From Carcharhinus amblyrhynchos (Eukaryota), in the NCBI GenBank assembly GCA_965287045.1, contig OZ336880.1:40982001-41046000 (forward strand): a stretch of DNA of 64,000 nt, in the 5' to 3' direction. Positions 23,701-35,700 of the stretch are shown here, piece by piece. The translations under genes were made by a program, and so were the position numbers. Positions within the stretch are counted from its first letter, which is position 1; every line of letters starts with the position of its first letter. The notes under the pieces are model-generated. The model saw only the letters and a program-made list of their open reading frames with translations, was not told the origin of the DNA and ran no database searches.

Positions 23701-26700
23701 AAACATTGAGGGTAAGAGTTTATTGATAGCATTTAGATACCCAATATCCTTTGCCCTTTGTATCTGTTTATTGTGGTGAGTGAACTTGCATTTTTAGTAA
23801 ATTAGATGAAATTATTTTTAGTTACTAGTAATGTACTTTTCCAGGAAAATAACATTTGCACGTTATTTTGCTTCAGAACGTGATATTAAGATATTACGTC
23901 CACTGTACAGTGTTGAAGTCACAGAAACAGAAACTGCTCGTTTCGAGACTGAAATTTCTGAAGAAGATGTACATGGCAATTGGATGTTGAAGGGGGAGAA
24001 ATTGCATCCATCTCCTGTAAGTTTTAAACATTAGACAAGCGCTGAGATTTCTCTTGTCTTCTTTCTCTCTTTCTTTCTTGCTGTCTTCCTTCCTTAAAAG
24101 TTTTTCTTTTTTTTCCTTAATTTAGGATATTGAGATTAAAAAGGAAGGCACAAAACATTTTCTTACACTGTACAATGTGCACATGGATCAAGCTGGTCAA
24201 GTTGAATTCCAGGCTGCCAATGCCAAAACCGATGCCCATTTGAGAGTTAAAGGTAAAGCTGCTGAATATCATAGATTAAGAATGTTAATAGCCAAGAAAT
24301 ATGCACTTCTGAAATTCTTAAGACATTTTGGCATTTTATGAGGGATCTATATTTCTCTGCATGTTATGAATATCCAGAGCAATCTACAATGATGTTTTCC
24401 ATTATAAACCACTACAGGTTTCCAAAATTATTGACCACCTCAATAAACCCTTGATAAAGGGTTACATTGTTGGCAGCTTAAAGCAGAGAGCTGCCATATT
24501 TATTGTTTTGTTATTGAATAATCCCCTTTTTGGCAGCTGCTAAACTGCTGGTGGATGGAATTGGGCAATTGCCAAGCACACAGCTGTTTAACTAAACAGA
24601 TCTGCCAGTACTCTTGGATGGGTTGTTCCTCAAGTAGAAATTGGGGGGAACGACCACGGTAAGCAGTTTGAGTGTGATGTAGGTCAGGTTTACTGTAAAA
24701 TTCTTCAGAAAGTAAAATGTCGCGATACAGATTTTGAATTCACCCGTTGTTTTTATGGCCAGGCCTTGGTCATCTGGGTGGTTGAATAGTCACACTCTGT
24801 TGGGACAGCTGAAATGCATCTTTCATTTTCTTGAGACTAATGGGCACACCCATCTCTTTTGCATTTAAAGCTCGGGTGATTGGTTTACTTCGGCCCCTCA
24901 AGGATGTGACTGTAACCGCTGGAGATTCAGCTACTTTTGAATGTGAACTCTCATACGAAGGAATTGAAGTGCAATGGTTCTTGAAGAACAAGTTACTTGA
25001 GCCCAGTGAAAAGGTATGATGAAAAATACTAAAACAAAAATAATATCCATGAGTTACCGTGTGAATGTGCATGGTTGGCTACACTATGCAAAGCAACCTT
25101 TGTTTTAGAGTTTAGAAAAAAAACTTGAGCTATTAATGCCTGACTACCGAAACCATGATTTTGCAAACCAAATATCCTTAACGTAAATACCCATGACAAA
25201 CTTATTCCACTTTCAATTATCTGAACTTTATATTATCTAGAAAAATAAGGCAAGGCTGAACTATAGTTGAAATAAAGCATTAGAAATTTAAACAATGTTA
25301 AATTGATGATAATTTCTTAGTATTTTGCAACAGTTGAATTACATCAATATCTTTTCAGGTGTCTGATAATCCCCCATTGTTTTGAAAGTTGGAAAAGATA
25401 GTTTGTATGAAACCGTGATTGTTATTTGAACTGGACAGTTGCCTACTTTAAACATGACTTGAATAATCATAAAGTGAATCTATTAATTATATAAAATTCT
25501 TATTTTGGATCAGGTTGTTACACGCGCTGAAGGCAGAGTGCACACTTTCACCCTCAGAGACGTCCAGTTGGAGGAGGCTGGTCAAGTCAAACTCACTGCT
25601 AAGGACTTCGCAACATCCGCTAAACTTATTGTTAAAGGTGCGTAATGCATTATGCCAATTATTTTCTTTCCAAAATGATATACTCGGCAATGTACTTTAA
25701 GACTGATGTGCTGAATTTTCATTTACATCTTTTACAGAGCCACCAGTTGAATTCACTAAACCTCTGGAGGACCAGACAGTTGAAGAAGAAGCCACTGCTA
25801 TATTGGAATGTGAAGTCTCCAGAGAGAATGCCAATGTTATATGGCTTAAGGATGGAAAAGAAATTCATAAAGGCAAGAAGTATGATATAATTGCTGATGG
25901 AAAAGTTAGAAAGCTTATTATCCACGACTGCAAGCCTGAAGATGCCAAAACATATACATGTGATGCCAAAGACTTCAAAACTTCCTGCTTCCTCACTGTG
26001 GAACGTAAGTAGAATGGTGTCCAACGTTCATCCTCTCACATTCAGAGTTACATTAATGAAAATGCGTATGTGGCTATTTCTCGACCAGTAAGACTTTGTT
26101 TCTTTCACAGCTCCTCGTGTTGAATTTATAAAGCCTCTCACTGATCTTGAGGTGAAAGAAAAAGAAGTGGCCAGATTTGTATGTGAAGTCTCACGTGAAA
26201 ATGCAAAGGTTTGCTTTTTTGCTTATGTCATTCTATCAGTATTTATTTTTTAAGTTTACTTCTTTGATGAAAATTAAAACGCAATTATTTTAATTTAAAC
26301 AAACTTATGGGTTAAATAACAATCTCACCTGCTGCGAGACACATATGCTTTCATTTCTTTATCAATTGCAGAGTGAGGTTACAATTAATGAGACTTCATG
26401 GTGAAACAGATGTTTTTGTATATGTTCCTGTATAATGGTCTCTTCCACCCTTTCGGGTCTCAAAATTAATAAATTATCAGCATTTCCATTTTTCTTGGGG
26501 TTGCATATATGTTCAAGGTCATTTACTAATCCTCATTTTTCCTGCACATGTGCAGGTGGTGAGCGCTAAATTATACATTCTAGACCTGGTAATAGCCCTG
26601 GGACACTCCTGAATCCAACCTTCTTGCCAAGTGCCATCAACAAGCTCCCCCCACTCCCCCGCCACCAGTCCAGGCCTTCTTTGCCAGCTCCATCCCGTAT

Positions 26701-29700
26701 ACTAACCCCACTCCCATACTGCCTCATCCCAGTACCCCAATTGTCAATTTGCATGTTATATTGCATTTTCAGTACCTTTATAGGAGCCTGGGAATTCCAG
26801 GCTTCCCCAAGAGTACAGGATATAATTTCCCTGCTCTTGTAACTACAAGACACTCAGATTTGAATGTGCCTTGCAGTGCTGTCCATCAGTAGCCTGAATG
26901 CCCAGATGTTTGTGACAAACAGCACAACCTCAGATTTCTTAGGCCTTATACGCAAATTTAACATTCTGGAATATGTCTCCAAATGTAACTAACCGAACAG
27001 AAACCTTCCTTTTTAAGCATATTCTGTCACCAGAATTGCATGATTGTTTCCAGGAGTTTAATCAATCAACATTCATGAAAATTAGAATTTCTATTAGAAC
27101 TTGTAGTCATATTTGTAAAATTGAGTGTTCACTTTACTCCATGCATTTATAGGTAGATATAAAAAAAGAACCAGTTCAGTAAAGCCATTCAGAGGTGAAA
27201 ACCAATTTTCCTATTCCACTCTCACAAAATGATGTTAATTCTTAATACTCTCTGAAATGACCTTGCAAGCCTTTTAGCTATAAAACAACCACAACGAAGC
27301 AGACCAATAAGGGACAAACAAGAAATATTTGCCTAGACCCAGTCAGTAGGTTAGGCCAAAGCTCAGACAACCCAAGCCATTCAACCCTAGGAAAAGAAAA
27401 CATTTTGCTGATCTCTGGGAACTGAGTGTTCCTGGGTATGTCTTATCACATTTATTGAAGAGATCTACGTAATAGAGACTACTGGGAGCAGAGGCATAGT
27501 TGTAATACTTCTGGATTGGTAATCCACAGTCTTGGACTGATGTTCCAGAGATATGGGGCTGGATTTCCCAAATAGTACATGGTCCCATTTCTGGGACAGG
27601 AAACAGTTTCCAAGCCCATGCATCAACCGAGCCACCAGAAACAAGAAACGCACACCCCCTTCCCAGTCCTCCTCAATAACATCTGACAACTTAAGAATTG
27701 GAAGAGCTATCTCAATGACTGACCTATGCTACAGAAAGAGGAAATTCAGCTCATCAAGCCCGCATGCCAACAACAATCCCACCCAAACGCTATCCCCATA
27801 ACCCCACGTATTTACCCTGCTAATCCCCCTGACACTCAGGGTAATTTAGCATGGCCAATCGACATAACCCACGCATCTTTGGACTCTGGGAGGAAACCAG
27901 AGCACCCAGAGGAAACCCAAGCAGACACAGGGAAAATGTGCAAAATCCACACAGTCATCCAAGACTGGAATTGAACCCAGGCCCCTTGCACTATGAAGCA
28001 GCAGCGCTAACCATCGTGCCACCATGCCACCCATGGTCATTCTCAGAGAATCATACCTTACAGCCAATGTCCGAGACTCCTCCACTATCATCCATGGGCA
28101 TGTCCTGCCCCACCAACAGAACAGACCCATCAGAGATAACAGCACAGTGGTTTAGAGTCAGGAGGGAGCAGCCCTCAGATCCTCAATATTGACTCCAGAT
28201 TGAAAGACATCATGGACAAGGAAACCTCTTGCTGATTACCACCTAGTGCCCTCTCTCAACTGAGAGATCAATGCTCCTTGATGTTGAAGATCAATTCAAA
28301 GAAGCACTGGGGTTGCAAGTGTACAGGATAAATCTAAAAATGTAACCTAGCCCATATTGTATTTCTTTTCAAATTATATAGCAGCTGATGATTTCCTCAG
28401 GGCATGGTGTAGAATTACACAGAATCTACAGCACAGAAACAATCTTACACTGGCGTTCGTATTCCATACAAACCTCCTCTCACCCTGTTTAGTCTATCTA
28501 ATCCTCATCTCACTAGATCATATCCTACTGTCCTCTTCACCCTAATAAACTTATCTAGTCTCCCTTTAATTGCATCTGTGCCATTCAAGTACTTCACTGT
28601 ATAAACAGAAAAAGTATCTTCCACACACTGAAGTAGACATATAGGCTTGTGGGTTGTCAGACACGACCACTAATAGTACTACTGCAGATCAATGATTATA
28701 TTCCACAGGACCTGTCTGGAAGTATTTAGCACCTGGCCACATTCATCTCTGTAACTGCAACAATCTGTGCTCAATGAAAAAATTAACATGACATCTGAGG
28801 CGGAATTTTCCCATCCCACCTACCATGGGAATTGGAGTGAGCAGAATAGGACCATGCAAAGGATATTGGGCAGGATGTTCTGGTCTTGGGGTGGACATGG
28901 ATGGAAAATCCCACCCTTGCTGTTATTTTGTTAAGGAAATTACAGGGACTTGTGTACTTCTGTGTACACCTGTGTCTCTTTCAGGATCAATAATTCATAT
29001 AGTACCAGCATGTTAGATTCTAACTTCCCATGATTAGATTTGCCAAATGATTCTCTAGTAAATAATCTGTATTTTGAAAACACTGCTTTAAATATTTTGA
29101 AAATGTTTCACATGGTGTTTTAAATAAAGGATTTGTTAAATTATCCTGAATAAGGCATTGTGGATTTTCTTTCATTTTAGGTTCGTTGGTTTAAGGACGG
29201 TGTTGAAGTGAGAAAAGGCAAGAAGTATGACATTGTTGCTAAAGGCAAGGAGAGGATGCTTATCATTCACAAAAGCAGCTTTGATGATGAAGCTGAATAT
29301 GAATGTGATGCAAGGACAGCTAAAACCTCAGGATTGCTTACAGTTTTAGGTAATCAATCAGATCAGAGCGGTACATAGTTTTATCTTTCAGGAACATGTT
29401 TTAGACATTATTGATCCATTTGTACTGACATATGATGCCATGTTTTGCAGAAGAGGACGCTGTCTTCACAAAGAACCTTACAGATGCAGATGTTACCGAG
29501 ACAGATAGCATTAAATTAATTTGTGAAGTTTCGAAACCAAATGCTGATGTAAGATGGTATAAGGGAGACACAGAGTTGCCTGAAATTGGTCAATATGAAC
29601 AACTTACAGATGGCAAAAAGCGCATTTTAGTAATTCAGAACACCAACCTAGATAATTCTGGGGAATATAATTGCAGACTTCCAACTGCTCGGACTTCATG

Positions 29701-32700
29701 TGAACTGAAAGTTCATGGTATGTATGGTGGTCTATTGTGTTATGAGTTTGTTTAATACGGCCATGTCGTAACTTTATCCAATGTTAATTATCCTCTTGTC
29801 TTTATTACAGAATTGGCAGCAGAGTTTATTTCTCGACCACAGAATCTGGAGGTAGTAGAAGGAGACAAAGCAGAGTTTGTCTGTTCGGTATCAAAGGAGA
29901 CCTACGAAGTGAAATGGCTTAAAGGTGGCAAAGAGCTTGTATCAGATGATAAATATGAAATCGCACCTGATGGCAAAAAGCGAATGCTCATTATAAAGGA
30001 CTCCATACCAAAAGATGAAGGAACTTATGTTGCCATGATTGGTACCTCAAAAGCACCAGCAGAACTGACAGTTATTGGTAGGTCATGTGAACTAAATTGT
30101 ATACGTACAAACAGGTTCACAGGAAATAGAAGCATTGCATGTGCACTGTCAAATTACATTGAATGTTGCTGAAAAGACAGACAAGTTACTGAAGCATTTT
30201 GTTCATCAAGAATAAATGCAAAAGTGACAAATTTCAAAAAGTCATTTGAAATTTGGCATTCTTGTGTTTGTTCTGATGAGTGCAAAACAAAATGCTTCAG
30301 CATTATGTTTCTCTTTTCAGCAATATTCACATTCTGTACTATCAAACAATATATCAAATTATATTACTTTAATTAAATAATTAAAAAGAGAAACCTATAA
30401 ACAGGTATGTTAACTCCCATCATCTTGCAAAAGCAGGAGCAGTAATGGATTAGGGTGGTGCATGTAATGCTCCATTTGCATGTTGTATCACCTCACACAC
30501 CCCCCGCCCCCCTCACCCCAAGCTTCCTGCTGGGTGGCTGAGGCATATTGTCTAAATCAAACAGAAGCCATGTTTGTTTTACTAAATCTGCACACTATTT
30601 CTTGCAGGGGCTGATTAGCCCAGTTGGCTAGATGGCTAATGTGTGATTCAGAATAATGCCAATGGCACTGGCTTGATTCTCATTCTGCCCGAAGTTGATT
30701 TGGGGGACCTGTCTCCTTGTTCCACTCCTGAGAGCGGAAAGCAAACCATGATTGGCAAAAAGTACCAAGAAAATGGGTCAGGTGAAGCACCAGCAGACAT
30801 GAGCCAATGACTTGCCTTTGGGCAGAGCATACATCTTGACAATTTTCTCTGTAGGACACTGATGCCATTTTAACTGCCTGCTGACAGAGCAATGGATGCT
30901 CTATTTAACTTCATTTTGACTTGACAAGCTGCATCGAGATGGCAATTTAAAGCTTGCAAGTCACTGCATGCATCTTGGTGAAATCAGGCCCTGGAAATGG
31001 GCACTATCAGATGATCAGACAATAGTCAGCTACCAGATTTTTAAAAGCAGCCCTTGATGTAAAATTCCTGGTGTGTTTCTATTTTCCTGACGGAACTTAA
31101 ATAATTCAAGAATGTGAAAATATCAGGTCAAAGGAAGTTAATTTTGAGTTTGAAATGCAATTAAGGGTGATATTAATGCTACATATCCAGGCGTTCTTGG
31201 TTCCCTGTCTGAGATTTTTAAGGCGCTGGAATTAGAGGCTAAGGTCAGCAGGGGATTGATTATTAGTCATGATGTGGATGTGCCGGCATTGGACTGGGGT
31301 AAACACAGTAAAAAGTCTGACAACACCAGGTTTTAGTCCAACCGATTTATTTGATAGTAAATGCACAAGCTTTCGAGGTTTCCCTCTTCGTCAGGTGAAT
31401 GGAGAGTTCTGGCCTCAGACAGAGCATATAAAGCACAGATCTAATCAGTAATCTCTAAACTGTCTGTGCTTTATATGCTCTGTCTGAGGCCAGAACTCTC
31501 CATTCACCTGACGAAGGGACTAACCCAAAAGCTTGTGCGTTTACTATCAAATAAATCGGTTGGACTAAAACCTGGTGTTGTCAGACTTTTTACATTGATT
31601 ATTAGCACAGTGCTTTTTTTTGTCTTTCTTGGAGTAGTAAGTTTAATTTCAAGCTTATGAACATTGTAAGTCACCGAGACTAGCCCAAGGCCCCAAGTTA
31701 GGAAATGTCACTTCAATTATTGGTGTATCCCACCCCTAATAATAATGTTGAGGGAAAGTTTGCTTTCCCCAAATAGACAACTTCATGCAGAAGTATGTAG
31801 ACTTCAACTATTTTATTGTTTTGAATAAACTTGTTTCCTTTCTCAGAACGTCTTAGGATAATAACTCCGATCAAAGACCAGCTCGTCACAGAAGGACAAG
31901 AAATTGTGTTTAATTGTGAAGTTAACACGGAAGGTGCCAGAGCAAAATGGTTCAGAAATGACGAAACTATCTTTGATAGTCCAAAATATATCATGGTCCA
32001 GAAAGACTTGGTCTTTACTCTCAGAGTCAGGGATTCACAAAAGGAGGATCAAGGAACGTACTCAATTGCACTAACAAATAATAGAGCTGAACATGCAAAA
32101 TGTTCAGCAACATTAGAAGTACAAGGTAAGTGCAATTTCTTGGATGTTAAACAGTTGCACGTACATTATGTTAAGTAAAGTGGCACAAATATTACATAAC
32201 TCTTCTTCATCTTTGCAGAGGAGGAACTGAAAATCATTGAACCTCTTGAAGATTGTGAAACAATGGAGAAGAAGTCTGTAACTTTCTGCTGCAAAGTGAA
32301 CCGTGAAAATGCGACACTAAAATGGATGAAAAATGGAGAGGAAATCACACTTGACAAACAATTTGTGTACAAAATTGACAAGAAAAAGCATTCTCTTACA
32401 ATTAGAAACTGTGCATTCAAAGATGAAGGTGAATACACTGTAATTGCCGGACATGACAAATCAGTTGCTGAACTTCTTATCACAGAAGCACCAGCAGATT
32501 TCGTAGAGCATATTCAAGATCAGACTGTCATTGAGTTTGAAGATGCAATCTTTTCATGTCAACTGTCTAAGGAAAAAGCTGCAGTGAAATGGTACAGGAA
32601 TGGCAGAGAGCTCAGGGAAAGCAAGAAGTATGTTTTGTTCCTTTTTACTTTCATTCATAAGAGTTTCATATATGATATATGCATAATATATAACATATGT

Positions 32701-35700
32701 ATCATTCATAATCTTGTCATGTTGCCAGGTATCAGTTTGAAAAGGATGGTAGTTTGCGCAGACTTATTATAAGGGAATGTCGACCAGAAGATGAATGTGA
32801 ATATTCCTGTGGTGTTGAAGACAGACGTTCAAGGGCTAGATTGTTTGTTGAAGGCAAGTGCTGATTTAGAAAAACAAGCATACTATGATTTTAATAATTC
32901 AGGAAATGTGAGCTAATTATTATTTTTCTCTTTCCAGAAATCCCAGTTGAGATCATTAGGCCGCCACTGGATGTCTTTGAAGCTCCAGAATCAGATGTTA
33001 TTTTTGAAGCTGAATTGAACAAAGACAAAGTTGAAGTCAAATGGCTCAGGAACAATATGATAATTGTTCAGGGTGATAAACATCAAATGATGAGTGAAGG
33101 AAAGATACACCGACTGCAGGTTTGTGACATCAGACCACGTGACCAGGGTGAATACAGATTCATTGCCAAGGATAAAGATGCAAGAGCTAAACTGGAACTT
33201 GCAGGTAAGTTAGTTTAAATTCTTTGAGCATTCTTGAGACATATTTTCTATCACTAGGAGCTGTGCTGAGAATTTGACATATTCGCAACTTGTGAATCTT
33301 TTCATTGTAGCGGTACCAGTAATCAAGCTGACAGATCTCAACCTTGTGATCGATGCTGGAAAGCCGTTCACGATGACACTGCCATATGATGCTTACCCAC
33401 GTGGTGAAGCTGAATGGTTCAAGGAAGACACTGCTACTGCTGAGTATGTCAGTCTGCCCAAACGGAACATTGACACAACTGCAGAAATCACTAATTATAG
33501 ACTTTTTGATCCAAAGAGAACTGACAGAGGAAGATACAAGATTGTGATTCAGAATAAACATGGAAAGGGTGAAGCATTTATAAATTTGGATGTTATTGGT
33601 AAGTATTCTTTGTTACACATATGTTTTATCACTGTGTTATTGTGAAAACTATTCTTAAATTTTTTTCTAAAATGTGCTTCCTGAAACAATATCACCTTTC
33701 CGAATTTACAGATGTGCCTGGCCCAGTCAAGAATTTGAATGTAGTAGACACTTGCGATGGTGAGGTCAGCCTTGCTTGGGATGAACCTGACACTGATGGT
33801 GGTAGCAAAATCCTTGGCTATGTAGTAGAACGACGTGATGTGTTGCGCAAAACATGGACCTTAGTTACTGATCGTGCTGACAACACTGAATTTACCGTGA
33901 CTGGTCTCCAAAAAGGAGTAGAGTATCTATTCCGTGTCAGTGCAAGGAACAGAATAGGCACAGGTGAACCTGTGGAAACTGATAAACCTGTTGAAGCTAA
34001 GAATAAGTTTAGTAAGTATCAGATTGTCTTCATTCACTAATTTAAGCTCTGAAATCCAATTCATTGCTATGGGTCAGTGTCAGAAAATAAGAATATTACT
34101 ACCTTTTTCCACCAGGTGTACCTGATGCACCACTGAACGTCCAAGTGAAAAACGTGAACAAATTTGGTGCCACCATTACATGGGAACCACCAGAATATGA
34201 TGGTGGATCAGAAATCACAAACTATGTTATTGAGTTACGTGACAGGACCTCTGTCAAATGGGAACCAGCCATGACAACCAGAGCAGATGAACTCACCGCT
34301 CAGCTGAATGATGTAGTAGAAAACAGAGAGTATATATTCCGTGTCAGAGCAGAAAACAAAGCCGGTGTAGGAAAGCCCAGCGCAGTTTCACATCCTGTGA
34401 AGATCATGGATCCAATATGTTAGTATCAGATCAGAAATATGTGTAGTAAATGTTCTTCAATTTTTATGTTTGTACGTTCCCTCATATGATTTCTCCTTTT
34501 TTTCAGACAAGCCAAGTCCACCTATTGAATTTGCTCATTCAAAGCAAACCAAAGAATCTGTGCAGTTGAAATGGGAACCTCCTCTAAAGGATGGTGGAAG
34601 TCCAATACAGGGCTACATTGTTGAATTATGTGAAGAGGGCACGGATAAATGGAAACCCTGCAATATAAGACTTATTCCTGAAACAACTTTCAAGGTTATT
34701 ATCTCTCATGTAATTAATTTGTTAAGAATACCCCTGATGACCTAATAAGAGCTAGAGGCAACTGCTTTCCTAATGGTTATTTTAGAGGTGCAATTCACCC
34801 ACAATCCATCACCAAGTCACAGTTTAATTGTCAGCTGATGGTAATAGTCCCTGGGCAGCTGATTTTCCTGGACCTGTGATGTGCTCGGTGAGATTCATGA
34901 AATAGTGTTTCAAGTAGGAGGTGTTAGTCAGCATTAAGTTTCATTCACAACTTCAGTGCAGATTTTTTGTGAATGGATTTGCAAATTTGGTACATGGTAT
35001 CTGTACCATTCAATGCAGCATTGGACTAACTGATGGGTCACATGTTTAGGGGACATCAAGGACATGCTTTCTCTTCACATGATTGTGCGTAGGAACTCAG
35101 CCAGAGAATATGTGCTTTGTTGCTAGGTCATATGGAGAGTTTAAAAATCAATGGTTTTAAGTTTATTTATCATTGTCACAAGTAGGCTTACATTAATACT
35201 GCAATGAAGTTACTGTGAAAATTCCCCAGTTGCTACACTCCAGCATCTGTTTGGGTACACTGAGGGAGAGATAGCACGGCCAATGCACTTAACCAGCATG
35301 TCTTTCGTACTGCGGGAAGAAACTGGAGCACCCAGAAACGCATGCAGACACAGGGAGAATGTGCAGGCTCCACACAGACAGTGACCCAAGCTGGGAATCG
35401 AACCTGGGTCCCTGGCACCGTGAGGCAGTAGTGCTAACCACTGGTTCTTGAGTTCTGAGCAATACCATTGATAATCTTGAATCAACCACATGGTACAGGA
35501 CTGGATTGACAGAAGCCAGACTAGGTAGGGTTGCAGGTTCACAAATATTTGAAGATGAGATTTTTTTGAAATCATTTCTTCAGGAATAAAGATTTACAGG
35601 ATTTTATGTAGGATAGGATGTAGGTCAGAAAATTCTGGAAGAACTGAGGTTTATCAAGGATGGACTTCAGGGAATTAGTGAAGAAAGCGTTAGAGAAATG

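Noticed and set aside
31308-31593. Long hairpin as a miRNA precursor or terminator
   Set aside because: Arm length, TSD and hammerhead cores point to a Penelope-derived element.
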